Source: Amphiscolops sp. MND2022 (lineage: Eukaryota). From it: 64,000 nt of DNA. This document shows positions 49,186 to 63,456 of this stretch, one piece after another. Position 1 is the first letter of the stretch. Each line of letters starts with the position of its first letter. The DNA is taken from the NCBI GenBank assembly GCA_964187785.1, contig OZ076415.1, forward strand, positions 1,736,001 through 1,800,000. The letters run 5' to 3'. Below the pieces are notes generated by a model. That model was not told the DNA's origin. It did no database searches and saw nothing but the letters and a program-made list of their open reading frames with translations. Made by a program: the position numbers and the translations under genes.

Positions 49186-52095
49186 AAAACGTTGTCATTA
49201 GAGAACTTTGTTTTTTCAGCACTTTACTAGACTACTAAAAAAATTTACTTCTGATAGGATCAAAAAGAATTTGAACGGTTAGAATAAAAACAAAGTTCTG
49301 TCATTACGGTGTCAAATGATAGTTGTACCTAATTTCGTTCCTACCAATTCGCGAAAATAACCTTAAAATTTTCAAGCAACCTACTTTTATGTTTTTGTAG
49401 AAAAGCAGCCCAATGAAAAACTTTTGGAAAGTAGGCAAGATTCGAACCTCCAACCTACCGCCCAGCATTCAGTATAACAACCAATAAAACAACAGAGATG
49501 AAAATTAGTGCAACTTGTGGCCGTTCTGAAAAGTGAAATCAAACTGCTGATTTAAACAAGCCTTAGCCGACACTACTTTAACTCCTTAATGCTGCAGGAC
49601 TGCTGAAGGGAAATATGTGAAAACAGCAAAAATATAATCTGGAAACCTATCAAAAAATGTTTGGATATCAACTTATTGAATCAGTTTCAGAATTATTTTT
49701 GTGTAATTTTTGGTGAACCAGTGCTATTTAAAGGCATAATTTTACCAAAATGAAAAAAAGATGTGGTCTTTCCAAGGGTTTTTGGTCTTTTACTCCATGA
49801 TCATACATGGCTTTTAATCCATGATGACCCATGGAATGATTCGCCTTGGCTTGTAAACATGGATACTCAAAGGTTGTGATAACCGTTTCTTAACAAGCAC
49901 GCTGAATATGGCACTAGTTTGCAGTTTATACTGTGGACGAAGTCCATTCGCGTTGAAATGGCGGAGAAATTGATGACATCTTAGTTGCATTCAAGAATAG
50001 GACTGATTCTTGATGAAACCGGCAAATCTTCAAAGTTTTGAATTCAGAATACTTCTTCCAAGCAGTTCGAAAAAAAACCAACACCACAAAGAAATGTTAG
50101 TGCATGAAAGTTTAACGTAAGTGTCAAAATCAGAATGAAAATTGTTGGTAATCTCAAAACAAGTAAAAGCTTAGCAACTCGAATATCGGATGTTTCTTTA
50201 CAATTCGGAAATCTTGTGGAACGTGAAAAAAGTCCATCCAGAACTTTGTATTTCTTCATTATGTTGTCGAGCCGAAATATTTCTTTTTCCCGATTGTCCT
50301 TCAAAAATTTGAATAAAATGTCAATACTCTTTTGTTTTTTCTTCAGCAAGAACTCTTTTTTTTGCAAGACGTCTCTCGGTCTGACATTTTTTTGCTAAAG
50401 CCCGTATACAAAGATGTTTCCGTCAAAACGTACCGGCTGCGCAGTTGAAATCCTTCAGAAGCTAGGGGTTTTTCCCTGGAATCGTTATAGTGATGCTGTC
50501 AGGAACACTGTCAATTTCAGCAAATCTCTTGAAAGAGAATCATGTAGAGATGGAGTCCCTTGTTGAAATTGCTTGAACTATATACATGTACTTTAATGTT
50601 GCGTTTTTTTAAGAGCAGCGTTTTTTATGATTTTCTGGAACTCCTATCAAAACTTTCATGCGAAATTGTTCCCTGTTGTATTCGACGTTTATCATGGTTT
50701 TTGAAAGAAGTACACCAAATTTGGCTACAATTTTATTCTTAGAAGTTTTGCATGTTTCTTTAAGAAGCAGTTCTAAATTTAAAAGCAAATAAGTTGCTAC
50801 CAGATTTTCGTCTATTTTAAGGCATTATAACATCAGTCGAGTATTAAGCTGCAAATTACGGTTTCGCATCTTATTCGAGAAGCGGTGATCATATCAGATC
50901 AGTTGTTGAGAAAACAAAGTGTAGATACAAAGTCATCGTGTCGATAATGAAGTGGGATTTGTTTTTGAATTTATTCATGTAGTTGAAGATGGAGTATAAT
51001 TCGACAAAAAAACCACCGGAAAAACCACACTAGCGCAAAAGACTATTTTGCTTTTGTCATTCATTCAAGCTAGAATTGAATGTAAACAACTGGTCGGAAA
51101 TATAGGGGGGAAAACTCGCCTAGAAGCAACGGGCCCAAAATTCTCACGTAGCAAACTCGTCGCAAGTGAGGAAAATGATCTCTGCCAAATCTAAGTGCTA
51201 TTTTTGTTGTCTTGTAGTATCATCATCAAAATTATTGCACTATAAACTATACAACTAGGATAATATTTCAAGCAATTTTACAACAAAAAGTTATATTCTG
51301 CGTACGAGTGAAAGTTTCACGCATCAATCAAGGAAAATAAATTCCTAATTAGCGCCTCGCAATAATATTCATAATAAGCATTTTTCTTGAGTTAATAAAA
51401 GCCAGTTGGTAATCTGTATTTTTTTTACGAGTTTGCACCCAATTAATTGCTGTTTTTCACGAGTTGTTTTCCGCATACCGAACAGAGACACTATGAAAAA
51501 AACGCAGTAAAATAACGCAATGTTGTGTTTTATGACCCGTTCACTGATTTGAACAAAATGTATTCATTTTTCAAGCCGACACTAAAAGATTTTGTCTCTG
51601 AAATACGATAAGGAAATGTGAAACGTTTCACCGCTATCATCTGAAATGGAGTGAAAAAATTACCGAGCTTCTTCCTGAGGTTCCAAACCTCCTCTACAGA
51701 TTTTTTCAGATTTCAGCGAGTCATCTTTTGAATCGATATTCGTTGTTAGTGCAAGAAACGAAATTATTCAGTAGGGTCAAAAAATGAAAGCAACGAAAAA
51801 AAAAGAAAAAAAGCTCAAGAAATCAACTGAATTTTCGACCAATGCTTTGAAGTAAACGTAGACTGAAACCAATTTGAGACTGAAATTTGAGACGATTTTT
51901 GAAATCAATCTGTCTGGAAGAAGAAAAAGAGACTGAATGTATTCAACTTTCATCACACTTTCGATACCGAAACGCATGTGAAATCTTTTCCACAAACAGG
52001 AAACAGGAAGTGCAGACAGCTGGATTTTATTTCCAGAATTCATGACAGCCTTTGTGCTTTTTCTTGAAACTCTTTCAAATCCTTCTTCACACAAA

Positions 52096-52533
52096 CATAG
52101 AAATGGATCGGTCAGCTTTTGATGTTAAAAAATGCGGACCATGTGTCTTATAATCACCCCCAGTGGCCGCTTGGTAGGGGGGTTATAAGACATGTAACAT
52201 TATTATAAGGGGGGTCAGAAGATTGTCTTTACAGCTGTTTTGACACTTCCAATAAAACATGACCCTAATGTTTCGATTTTATAGTCCAAAATAGCAAAAT
52301 TTTGTATAGAAATTTCTATACAAAATTTTGCTATTTTGGACAATAAAATTGAAACATTAAGGGTCATGTTTGCTGGAAGTGTCAAAACAGCTGTAAAGAC
52401 AATCTTCTGACCCCCTTATAATAATGTTACATGTCTTATAACCCCCCTACCAAGCGGCCCGGCCACTGGGGGTGAATATAAGACACATGGTCCGCATTTT
52501 TTAACATCAAAAGCTGACCGATCCATTTCTATG
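52096..52533. repeat. 438-bp near-perfect palindrome with no spacer
   Basis: Arms 52096-52312 and 52313-52533, centre GAAA|TTTC; few mismatches and one 5-bp duplication in the right arm. Confidence 0.92.
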
Positions 52534-55500
52534 AGGCTTTTTCTTAAGGCTTTCCATAAATTTTAATCATATTTTTTCAACCATAACATGAAAAAAACTT
52601 TTAACTGACAATCAATGTAATGGATATGATTATGTCGACATCAATTATTTCATTGGACCGAAATTTCAACTCAAGCGATGTCGACATAACGGTATTAATC
52701 TTCTACATTGACTGCCAGTTAGTTGTTCACTCTATTTTATGGCTAGAAAAATATGCATTAAAATTTATGGAATGCCTTTCTATACACAATTTTACCATTT
52801 TTGACAAAAAGTAGGGTCATTTATTGCTGGAGTGTCAAAACAGCTGTAAAGACAATCTTCTAAGTGTTTATATTGATATATCTTATGATATTCTTTTATG
52901 GGTGATAATTTTTTATTCAAGAACAGAATGTGCTTTCGTGTTGGGGGGGTTCGAAACAATATATCTCAATTCTTCCCTGTTCCCAACCCATTTTTCATGT
53001 TTTTAGTTCCTTAGCGATCACAGTAAAATAAACCACTATTATTTTAACATTTCCAATCATTTGATAATAACTAATGTTGAGCCCAAATGACAGTTATTCC
53101 AAATGCAAATGACACTTTATTTCAAATTCCCTCAAAAAGTCATTTCACACTCCTTTGCACAGACCTTTTAGCTTATTCCCCAAAATGTCATTTTCGTGTA
53201 TCCCGTATTGCAATGACATCGCACTCTCGCAAAAGGTTAACGACCTAAAAGATGAATTGAACTTGATATATGCTTAGAACAGGGTTCGTTTTTGTCGCGG
53301 GAACGGAATTGATTTTATTGATTCAATCTTTCTCTCCTTATCAGATGCTAAACTGAGCTTGAATTGTAAACTGCACGATCAATTCTTACGATTCAATTCA
53401 CAAAGCCGGGAAAACGGTGGAGAAAATTGAGGAGATTTCTAGGAATTGGCAACAACATTTCAACGTGATCAAAACTTTCATATCTAGCATTCGGTAACTA
53501 CTGCTGTGTGTGTTGTAAAAGTGTGTTTTTCCGAGTTCGAAATCCTCAAAAAAAACTACTTTGACTAAATCCTAGTGTTTCTTGTTCCCGCCAACCCCCA
53601 ACACGAAAACAACTTTGTTTTTTTTTAATTAAAAACTATTTTTAAACTTGAAATTACTTCTTGGGCGAATGAAAGAAATTGATATGTCTATTAATACTTA
53701 GAGGAATGTCTCAGGATTTGTTTCGATAATTGCAGCAAACAATCATCCGGACTTTTTGATAATTTTCTGCCAAAAAAGCAAAAATTCATTCCCGGAATAA
53801 GCTGAAAATTTATAGAAAAGCCCCTATTCACGCAAATTTCTTGTGCCATAAAATAAAATAAAAAAAACACTGTATATCCTTCATTAATAAATGACAAAAA
53901 AATAGTAATTTATTCTCAGAAGGCAGTGTATTTACAGTCTTGTAACATTTTTTTTAAAAGTAGGAGAGAGGTATCATTATGTTTTGCAAATACTATACAG
54001 CTAATCTATCGAAAGCGATATTCACTCCAACACTTTTTTCCATATTCGAAATTGTCTTTTTCGCTTACATATTTGTTTAAGATGTATTGTTTGATATTTT
54101 TTGGTTGTTATGTAGGTACATTTCCCAATTTTTAGCTTGTCAGGTAACTCGTTCCATATGGCTACTGTTTTATTGAAAAAGCTTTCCTTCAGAGAGTCAG
54201 TTTTGCATAGGATGTTGAAGTAGACTTTCTTGGGTTAGACTTTTCTTGCAGTAGACTGCAAAATGAACAACTTCAACTGTAAATCGTCGTGACTTATGTC
54301 AACATCAAATATTATATTGGAAAAAAATTTCAGTGCCAACTATGTCGACATAGTGGTATTTGAACCTTGTTTCTTACATCTCCCCCCGCGGCCACTTTGG
54401 GGTGATAAGAAACATGGTCCGTCCTAGTCAGTTAGAGTTTTGAGTTTAGCACTCAGCCAGATTCCAGATTTTTATCAAGCTGCCTTGTAGCGAGAGCTGC
54501 CAAAACACGACTAGACAGTACTCTAAGAAGCTGCCTCTTGAAACAGTGACCTCTAATACTCTTAGAATGAGCTGGCGCTAACGTACATTAATTCTGAATG
54601 ATAGATAACATATCATTACACATTATGTTCATGAGCTTACAATACGTACATTTTAATTGAAGACTTCTTACGAACCTATCTCCATCAGTCTATTGCATGC
54701 CTGAAAGATGCATCCTAAATCTGTCGGCAATTGGGGGCAATGACATTTTACAAGTTTTACCATGCATCATTTCTAATTTTTAATTCAGACTAGAGCTTTT
54801 CAAGCTTTCCTCCATTTTCATGCAAATCAATTTCAGTCACTTTGAAAACTCCAAAGTGGCGTCATATTCAGCGTAAAATTCGTAAAACGGTGTTTACATA
54901 TGATGATTTGTTCCAAGCAGGCTCTCGAAAGTTTTCATGTTTTGTAAAAAAAAAGTTTCATGGAGGCAGCATGAAAAACTTCGAAGCAGTTTCAACAAGG
55001 GTACTGAACTGTTACTGAACATTGGTCTGTGGTTCCAAAACATCAAAAATAGTCGGGACAGTCTTTAAGCCGTGAACTAATTCGGTATCTCTATAAACTT
55101 CCTTTCTTCTGTCCATAGCGGTGCCGACTGTGCTAAGTCTTCCTTAATAACTGTCCTTAGAAAAGTCCTTAGAAAAGAAATACGGTTTCTATTTTCACTC
55201 TTTTAAAGGCTTCTCTCAAACACTGGAAATTCAAAGCGTAGTAAATTCAAAGTGATCGATCTGTGATTGGTTGATTGTTTCAGGATAGAGTTGGTAGTAA
55301 GAAGTTCTGAAAAGTTCCTTTCAGTTCGGCGCCACATTGGTTTAGATTAATTAGTTTAGTTGTACCGTGTTTCTCATTCACCCACGGGGGAAATAAGAAA
55401 CCAGGTTCAAATACCCCATTATGTCGACATCGTTTGCGCTGAAATTTCGGTCCACTAATACAAATGATAAAAGCATAATCCTATCTTTTACATTGATTCT

Positions 55501-58001
55501 CAATGAAAGTTGCTCATTATTATTTATGGCGGAGAAAAGATGCATTAAATAGGGACTTTTCTATCCAAATTTGTCTCATTCCAGGCGTGAATCTTAACTA
55601 ATTTGGACAACAAGATGAAAAAATCCGTGTAAAAAAACTAATTTATGGCGGAAAAACGTTAAAACAGAGGCTTTCCTGTACAATTTTAACTTGTTCCTGG
55701 GGTGAATTTTTGCTTTTTTCCCTGAAAATCATCAATATGTCCGGATATTCTTTGCTGCAAGTGTTGAAACAACTCTAAAGTCAATTTGGGAAGTATTTAT
55801 AGTCATATAAATTTCTCTGATTTGCCCAAGAAAATTTTTCAAGCACAAAAGTTGCTTTTCTGTTGGGGGGGTTGTTTTTCAAGAAACAACATCCGTTTGG
55901 CTCCTTTTCTGAATTTGTCAAATACATAGATATAACACTACCAGATCCTAGAAAAACTATCGTCATGATATGTGCACTTTTTCAAAACAATTTAATAATA
56001 ACATGAACGGTTTTTTATCGTACGCAGATGAAATTGGGGCAACTTTAGTAAACTTATCGGATGTTTCCAAAATCTTTTCTGGCGAGTACTTCCATGTCTT
56101 TATTACTTGATTGTCATGAGAAATATAAGCCTTCTTGAAATTGAAGCCGCGGTAAGGTATACTTTATATATGCATATTAACAATCAAACACTGTCCTAAC
56201 ACTCAATTCGTCATTTTTAAAATTTCGATTGACAAGCCGCACGGAAATTGGATTGCGGCAACTTGACACCTCAAAAAAAGTGACAAGCACCTCGGGATAA
56301 TTTTATTCAAAAACCGACATTTCACATTTACTAAAATTTCAGCCGAATTGCGAAATCCAACGCCGTACTATTTTTTCGTTCAGCCTGAAATTTGAGCCGA
56401 TGACAATTTTTTGCAAAGGCCGTTTTTTGAATGTGCACTTGTTCAAAAGAGCCTTTTCAATAACAAATTTCTGCTTGAGAAAAATATTGGAGCAATTAAG
56501 AGCGTCTGCCGGTTTATGAATTTCCTTCGCGCATCAGCAAAGAGGCCGTGAAATGGAAAAAATACTTGTGAATAGAAATTGTAAAGATCAAAGGAAAATT
56601 GTGACGTCATTATGCATCAAAGAAACGCATGTTTTTTGTTTCTCAAAAGTAGTGTTTTTCCTCATATTGCTGCTATTCATGCCAAGATGACCCTATAATC
56701 AATGAATATAGTATTTATTATAGCTTATGCCAAAAACAATAAATTATTAGAATTCCATCATAGCTTTAAGTTTTGATAATAGCAATATTATTACTTCTGG
56801 AAAAACATCATTGTTATTTCTGGGAAAATTGAATTCAAAACATTCTATTGAAAATGACTGAACATGAACTAGTTACGATAAAATCAACACCAAATTCGGT
56901 TTTAAGGTTTTGAGGCAAAATTTTTTTATTCGACTTAATAAGAGGTATCCAGTTTTGAGAAGCGTTTAAATTGCAATTTGAGAAAAGAAAGGCCAAACGC
57001 TTGTCAATAGTCGCGGCTGTGATATAAATCTATTTATAGAATTTCAAACTATGTAGATATTTTTATAGTAACCGTTGTTATAGTAGTTATGGTATGGTCG
57101 TTAAAAGGATTTTACGCTATGGCCATCTCTGTTTTCATGATATGGCAAGTTCGAGTGTATTCTTGAAACTTACGTTGATTTTATATTCTACTATATCAAA
57201 ACATTATACGGAGCAGAGAGCTCTATTACGTCATTTTACCTTTGACGTCATAATGACCTTTGACCGTCGGCTGACACACCAAAAACAATTCAAATTTCCA
57301 CTCAGTGAAGCATTTTTTTCTATCAGCAAACAAACGAGAGCAGCACCTCTAGTTTAGTGGAATTTTGGCAGTTTTCAAACCGGTTTAGCTCTACAATTCT
57401 TTTTTGAGTAAAAAGGGTTGGTCTAGGCTCGGTCTAAGCGAAAAGCACTGGTTTAAGAAATATCGTTTACATGAAAATTCATGAAATTATCTCAACTTTT
57501 TAGGTTAGGTTCCAAACAACTTCAGCCTGATTTTAATATTTCTGCGATAGCACGAATAATATTGAAATCTCAAGAATTCAACTTTTCAGTACAATTTTTG
57601 TCGTGATATCGAGTACCTTCTGAAGAATTCAGAGAATTTGTTCGGCAATGAGTAGAGGCGGGAGAATTAAATTTCTCAAGCTGCCGACATTTCCTTTCTC
57701 GTGCGATGGAACGAGCGAGTGGTAATTATTCGTTCGCCGAGATATTCGCGTGCATTTAAACGTGAATGCGAAACTTCGTCTACCGCTTAGTAGTTATATT
57801 TTCTTTAGTCCGAGAAAGAATTAAAGGCGGTGTAAACTAGTAGAGTGATTAATTGTGCGCTATATAAATGATTAACACAAGCTTCTATTATTCAACATGA
57901 AAGGCTAGAAGCAGAAATAATAATGTGCCCCAAAATTCTAATATATTCTAGTCCCAAGACATCGAGAACTTTGTTGAAAATCAGTGAATTCGGCAATTCG
58001 C

Positions 58002-59469
58002 TGTAACGTCAGGCTAGTGACGCACATCATAGAAGTGGGCAATGCCTAGATTGCTTGAACAGGAGACCAGTGTCTTACTACAACCTAGACATTAGTTTTT
58101 AATCCCAAAATGGTCTCCTGGAAGGGACTTTTCCATTCGATTAAGGAGGCTCCTCAGTTAGAGCTCCGAGGCGAGGCGCCGGCGCTCTCAAAGCCCGGAC
58201 ACGTCCCACAAGCCTGTAAAAACAAATCCTAGGGTTCCTGCGTGTTCCTACATACCTCCGAGGTCCAAAAATGGTGTTTAGCCAAAGTATATTGTGTAAC
58301 GGCAAGCTGTTATCGGTCGCTTAACGCGTTAACAGAGGTGGAGGAACCTGCAGAAATGGGTGAATCGCTCGAGACAGGCGCCCATCGCCACAGATCCATT
58401 TTGCCTCCAGGGGTGAAATACGTCCCGGGGCCGCGGGTGCTTCGACGAATACTGTCCAACCGGTCCTAGTCTTTGATTGCTAATAAAAACGGGCACCTTT
58501 CTGACTCTCTAAAGACCACCGCTTAACTAGCATATAAAAACAATGCCAAGAATAAGGTAAAATTCCAGTTCCAGTGTGACATGTGAATAAGATCTAAAAT
58601 TGGGGAAAAAGATCTAAACTAGCGCTAGCGCTACTGAATACAGCCAAAATCACTGAAAATACATGAAAACAGGCACGAATATGGCAAACCACACAGCTAC
58701 AAGCTGGGGCGCAGGGGCTCCAAGCACCAAACAAGGATCTTTAGGCGAAAAGACTCATTTTTACGGTTTCTGCTACATAGGGTAGCATAATGCTGAAAAT
58801 CGATAAAACCGGGGTTAGCACCTCAAAAAGAGTCTATTTTCAGTCGTTCTTGCCGTCTCTGGCTTCTGTCTTGGCGGCGCGCCCGTGTTTTTGCTCGTTC
58901 TTGCTCTTTGTTCAGCGAAAAGAGCAATCACATGCTCAGTACCACGTCACACATCGGATTAGAATTTTTGACAAAATTTCTGAACATGTCAAAGTTGCAA
59001 AATCGGTTGATATTGCTGTACCAGAGCTTGCCGTTACATTGTATTAAGTTACTAACGTCTAAAATAACAAAAATATGGGTCAAACATCACCAAATATCTG
59101 CAAAAACAACAAACACGGTACAACAGACTGAGGAAACATCAGGCGTCAGTGTCAGCTAGTCTTGGACCTGCTAGGTGGCACATGCAAAATATGCAAACTT
59201 CTGAGTTTCTTCATCTCTTGGGACATTCTTCGGGTTCCGCTGGTAACTGGGACGGCTTCCGAGGGGGATGGCACCACACGGCGATTTCGGGATTTCGGGG
59301 ATACTTCAATGGCGGGGCGATCTCTCTCGGACTGGGTGGGGGTGTTTTGTGAGCGTGTTTTGCTTCTTCTACGATTCTTGGTACCTGCCGGGTGGACCAT
59401 TTTGAATCGCACAACTCGAATTTTCATCGAAATTTTGTAATTTTCGTTCGCCGACTGCTGGACATTACA
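58002..59469 (-). mobile_element. Solo LTR (~721 bp once the nested insert is removed) related to element 3 LTR
   Basis: 58002-58270 aligns to the reverse complement of the element 3 LTR 3' part (roughly 80% by eye); 59400-59469 aligns to its 5' start; TGTAAC...TTACA termini; flanks CGC/CAC. Confidence 0.85.
58295..59038 (-). mobile_element. Nested solo LTR (744 bp) of a more distant TGTAAC-ended family
   Basis: 14-bp terminal inverted repeat TGTAACGGCAAGCT/AGCTTGCCGTTACA; flanks TTG/TTG; weak similarity of its - strand start to the element 3 LTR start. Confidence 0.8.
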
Positions 59470-60669
59470 CACCATCATTTGTTCTGCTATGCAGCCAATA
59501 ACCGCACGCTGCTGCGCCCGAGGATATCAGTAGTTTTCGGCACTCTGGGACTAAAAATTCAATACTGGAGTTAAGAACAATTGGAGCTATGGAAATTCAC
59601 CCAGACGAGTAGTTGAGATAAAACTAAAGTGCGGAAATAATGTGCTTGTGTTCGTAAAAGAACACGAATTTTTTCGACACCAATTGCTACTGTAGTAAAT
59701 GTAGTGTGTCCCTACATGAATTACCAACTTTCTGACTCTAGGTTTTGTAAATAAAAATTCACCGTGCGTGTAAGCCTCCGGCATGCACAAAATTGATACA
59801 GTCTCGACTAGGTACAATTTTTATGTGCATCAGATTCAATTTTCTTAAATTGAAACCTTATGAGATTTATACAGGTCTGTCGATTCTGATGCTCACTCAT
59901 AAAAAGGAAAAGAATATTCTAAAGTCTCGTTTACCTCTAAGAACTATCAATAACAAAATCACATCATTAAAAGTTTGTTTACCCATGACCTTTTCTGTGA
60001 TGACGCTAATTGTCATCAGATACCTGTTACAGTCTACTCTGTTGAGCCTGGTTGTCTAGACAGCCATTGCTACGTCACACCCGCCCGTCAGTGGCGTCTG
60101 TGAATAACATCTTCATCATCATCCCGACTAACTGAGATAAACTCTAGGTACTGCTGAGCTGGCAACTGTTCTTCGATGATGTGTGTGTAATCCATTGATA
60201 TGTCGCATATCGAACTTTTTTGAATATTTTTTGTTATTGCAACATAGTTTACTAATTTAAAACATTTCTAGAGGAGTATTTAGTGTCTGCCGGTTTCTTG
60301 GTAGTTTTCTCTAAATGTGGATCGTTGTTATTCTAACCAGAGCTGATGAGTTGATGAGGTGAGATCAACCACTGCTTCCCTTACAGCGACCGGTTTTCAT
60401 TTCGGTGTTGAGATCTTCTTTTCCTCGTTTTTAATCACTGGCGCTTCCAACGCTTCGTCTTTCTGATCGAACGAACATTCCGTCACAAAACCTGTTGAAA
60501 CCTGATCTCTGGGGCCTTTCCCGGGTTGTAAAATTTGGCTGAAAGTAGAAAGGTTTTGATAATATTTTTTTCAAGCAATATTCTGCCTCATTGAGTTTTC
60601 ACCGATGTGATGTAAGGACCAATTTTATAGTGGGTCTTAAATTTCTCTATAAATGTTCTGGGGTTCTCT

Positions 60670-61255
60670 TTTTAGTCGACGCTTTTCTTTAGAAAAGAGT
60701 CGACTATAGTCATGGCTTTTCGTCAGTGTTTTTTGAAGACCACCTGAACTGACCAAAATAGTTCTACAAAAGTTCTACAAAATATTATTGCACCAAATTG
60801 CACCATTTGGCCTAGCGAACTGAACCAAAAAGGTTTTTCCTGTTTTCCCGCGTAACATACGATACCGGGCGAGACCAAAGGGTCCGCTTTCAGTTTTTTT
60901 CGGCATTCCGAGACTTTTTTCCCGTCCCCCTTCATTTTTTTGCTGTTTTGCGACAGAATGGATGTTGGAAAATCCTAAAAAGCCCCCCTTTCAGTTTTTT
61001 TCGGCACTGTGAGATTTTTTTCCGAAAATAAAAATTGTTTCCCCCTTCAATTTTTTGATGTTTTGCGACAAAATGGATGTTGAAAACCCCCAAAGGGTCC
61101 TTCCTTTCAGTTTTTTTCGGCATTGTGAGACTTTTTTCCAAAACTTTTTTTTCATAAAAGGGTCCCCAACTCACCAATACTTTGACATATCGAAGTCCTT
61201 TTGCTATTTTTGAGCCTTAGATATGGCGCCGACTTGGGCCGCTCCCGGTTTGTTT
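60670..61255 (+). mobile_element. HINE/DINE-1-like copy f
   Basis: TTTTAGTCGACGCTTTTCTTTAGAAAAGAGTCGACT ... several core repeats ... GGCGCCGACTTGGGCCGCTCCCGGTTTGTTT. Confidence 0.8.
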
Positions 61256-61492
61256 CTTGTGGAACCGATATGGCAGGCCAAATACCGATCAAAAGGCACT
61301 CTCCTAGTTTCGTGACAATTTATCCAGAGATGCCGATTTCTTCCTGGAAATGATTGTGTAATCGACCGGTTCTTCGTTTTCATCAAATGTCGAGTAGGCA
61401 TAATTTGTGACTGGTTTGGCTGAAATATCAGTTGATTTCAACCATTTTATCGCTTTTCAGTACTACCGAGCATGTTATGTATACCCTCCCGG

Positions 61493-61948
61493 TAGGGCTG
61501 TGCAATTACCATTTTTCGAGTTCGGTCGGTTATCGGTCGGTTATTTGAAAACTCGGTCGGTTATCGGTTATCGGTCGGTTATTTATAAACAAATGTGAAC
61601 AAAACAGTAATTTTCAACTTCACTTTTGAACAATTTACTTAATGCAACTTCTCGAAAAAAACAAGTTCGCGGAAAGTTTCTTTGCGTGGTGATGTTGCCT
61701 GAATCGGACCAATGTCGTTCACTAAGAACTGCTGTAGCTGGTATTCCAAGTAAAAACTGGGCCTTTACACTTAAAAAAAGAAATACTTGTCTTTTTTCTT
61801 TCCAGTAAAACCAGTTTTTTCCAGCTTCAATCTAATTGGTTGAACAGATTAACCGAAGCCGGTTATATAATAAGTCGAGTCGGTCGGTTCCGATTATTGA
61901 CAACTTCGGTCTTTTAATCGAGTTCGGTCGGTTAATTGCACAGCTCTA
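61493..61948. mobile_element. hAT-type MITE
   Basis: TIRs TAGGGCTGTGCAATT / AATTGCACAGCTCTA (14/15); 8-bp TSD CCTCCCGG/CCTCTCGG (7/8); sub-terminal TCGGTCGGTTA repeats. Confidence 0.8.
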
Positions 61949-62956
61949 CCTCTCGGGTTCTTTTCCGAAATTTAGCTCAGAAGATGACTTTCCGATGTTT
62001 GTATAAAAGAACATTTTAATTGATCTTAGGGCTTATTGTACTCCTAATTGTTAATTTTTTTCTCCAGATCAAGTGCTCTCACCATTAGACTATGTTCCTT
62101 TTTCACAGTCTTTTAAACGTCGATATCTTGATGCAGTTTGAACCATTGCCTCAGCACCTTATGAAAACAGTTTGGCCAACGATGCGATTCGAACCCTTGG
62201 CTCAGCAAACTATCAAAACGGTTTGGTTTTTCGGAACAATTCAATTGCAATTTCCACGTATCTGATGACAGAAGCGTTATGTTTGTGTTGGACGAATTTG
62301 AAGAATTAATAATCATTATTCGAAGGAAAAACTGCGTTTTTTAGCTGATATTATGTTGGATTTTGCACAAAAGAAATCAAATTAGTGTTCTTGCTCTCAT
62401 ATCAGCTAAATCCATAATTACCTAATTTGAAAATTCCAGCAGAATCCAAGTTGAACTAAATTAACAAATAAGATTTTGTTAAGAGAACTTCTGGGCTGCT
62501 TATTGTTAACAAGGTATAAGTTGGGCGGGTGGGTGTAACTTTTTGTAGAAGAGTTTTAATCTGTTCAGAGCGAATTGATCTTTTCCGTCTTTTAGCTAAC
62601 TGTAAATATCATCACAACTTCGTTTTGATTTTCATGTTACCTCTCATCCCTTTTTTCCATAATTCGTCCTCAATTGGATTCCCATGGTTCAACTAACGCA
62701 ATTATGTTGTGGTGGTTTTGAATTTACTCGAAACAGTTTTTAAGCTTGATTTCTCTTTCAACTCTAAAAATTGTTTTATTGGGGGCACTTTATTTACAAG
62801 GTCAAGCCTAGCGGGCAAATAGTTAAGCATTATCAAAGTCGTGTATTCTCTTATTCTATCATTTTTGGAGGTGGGGTTTTGATTGCGTGCTTTTAACATG
62901 ACCCTAGTTAAGACTGCTGGAACTTTTTACATGTTGCAGACATGCATGCAGGGTAT

Positions 62957-63456
62957 TTTTAGTCGGCGCTTTTCTAGTGAAAAGTGCCCGACTCTTACAG
63001 TGGCTAGTTTTTTTTCTTTTTTTCCGTCAGACTACAATCTCACTCTGATTGGGCCACTTTTCTTACAATCGAAACTTCTAAAACTACTACCATAAGGTCA
63101 AGTCCGGTCAGCGGAAATTAGTGCAAAAGGGTCCCCCTTTCGTTTTTTTTTGCTTTTTAAACGTAACCTACAAAACCGGACGAGACTAAAGGGTCCCCCT
63201 TTCGATTTTTTTTCGGCATTGTGCGACTTTTTTTGAAAATTACTTAATGTCTCAAAAGAGTCCCCTTTCGAGTTTTTTTGATATTTTGCAACAGAATATA
63301 TGTTAATAAAGCCCAAAGGGTCCCCCCTTTTACATTTTTTGGCACTATGCGACATTTTCTGAAAGAAAAAAAATCAAAAAATTCAAGTTTTTTTTTAAAG
63401 TCTGCGCTTTTTGAGCGTTAGATATAGCGCCGACTTTAGACGTTCCCGTCTTGTTT
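62957..63456 (+). mobile_element. HINE/DINE-1-like copy g
   Basis: TTTTAGTCGGCGCTTTC ... AAAGGGTCCCC core repeats ... ATAGCGCCGACTTTAGACGTTCCCGTCTTGTTT. Confidence 0.78.

Noticed and set aside
54370-54428. Hairpin followed by CTAG|T, resembling a Helitron 3' end
   Set aside because: Other copies of this repeat end at GGTCC without CTAG; better explained as a Merlin-like TIR end.
60000-60540. Possible host exon on - strand (strong acceptor at 60539, SIM-like VVDLT/VISV words)
   Set aside because: All three frames hit stops before a plausible donor; no recognisable protein family.
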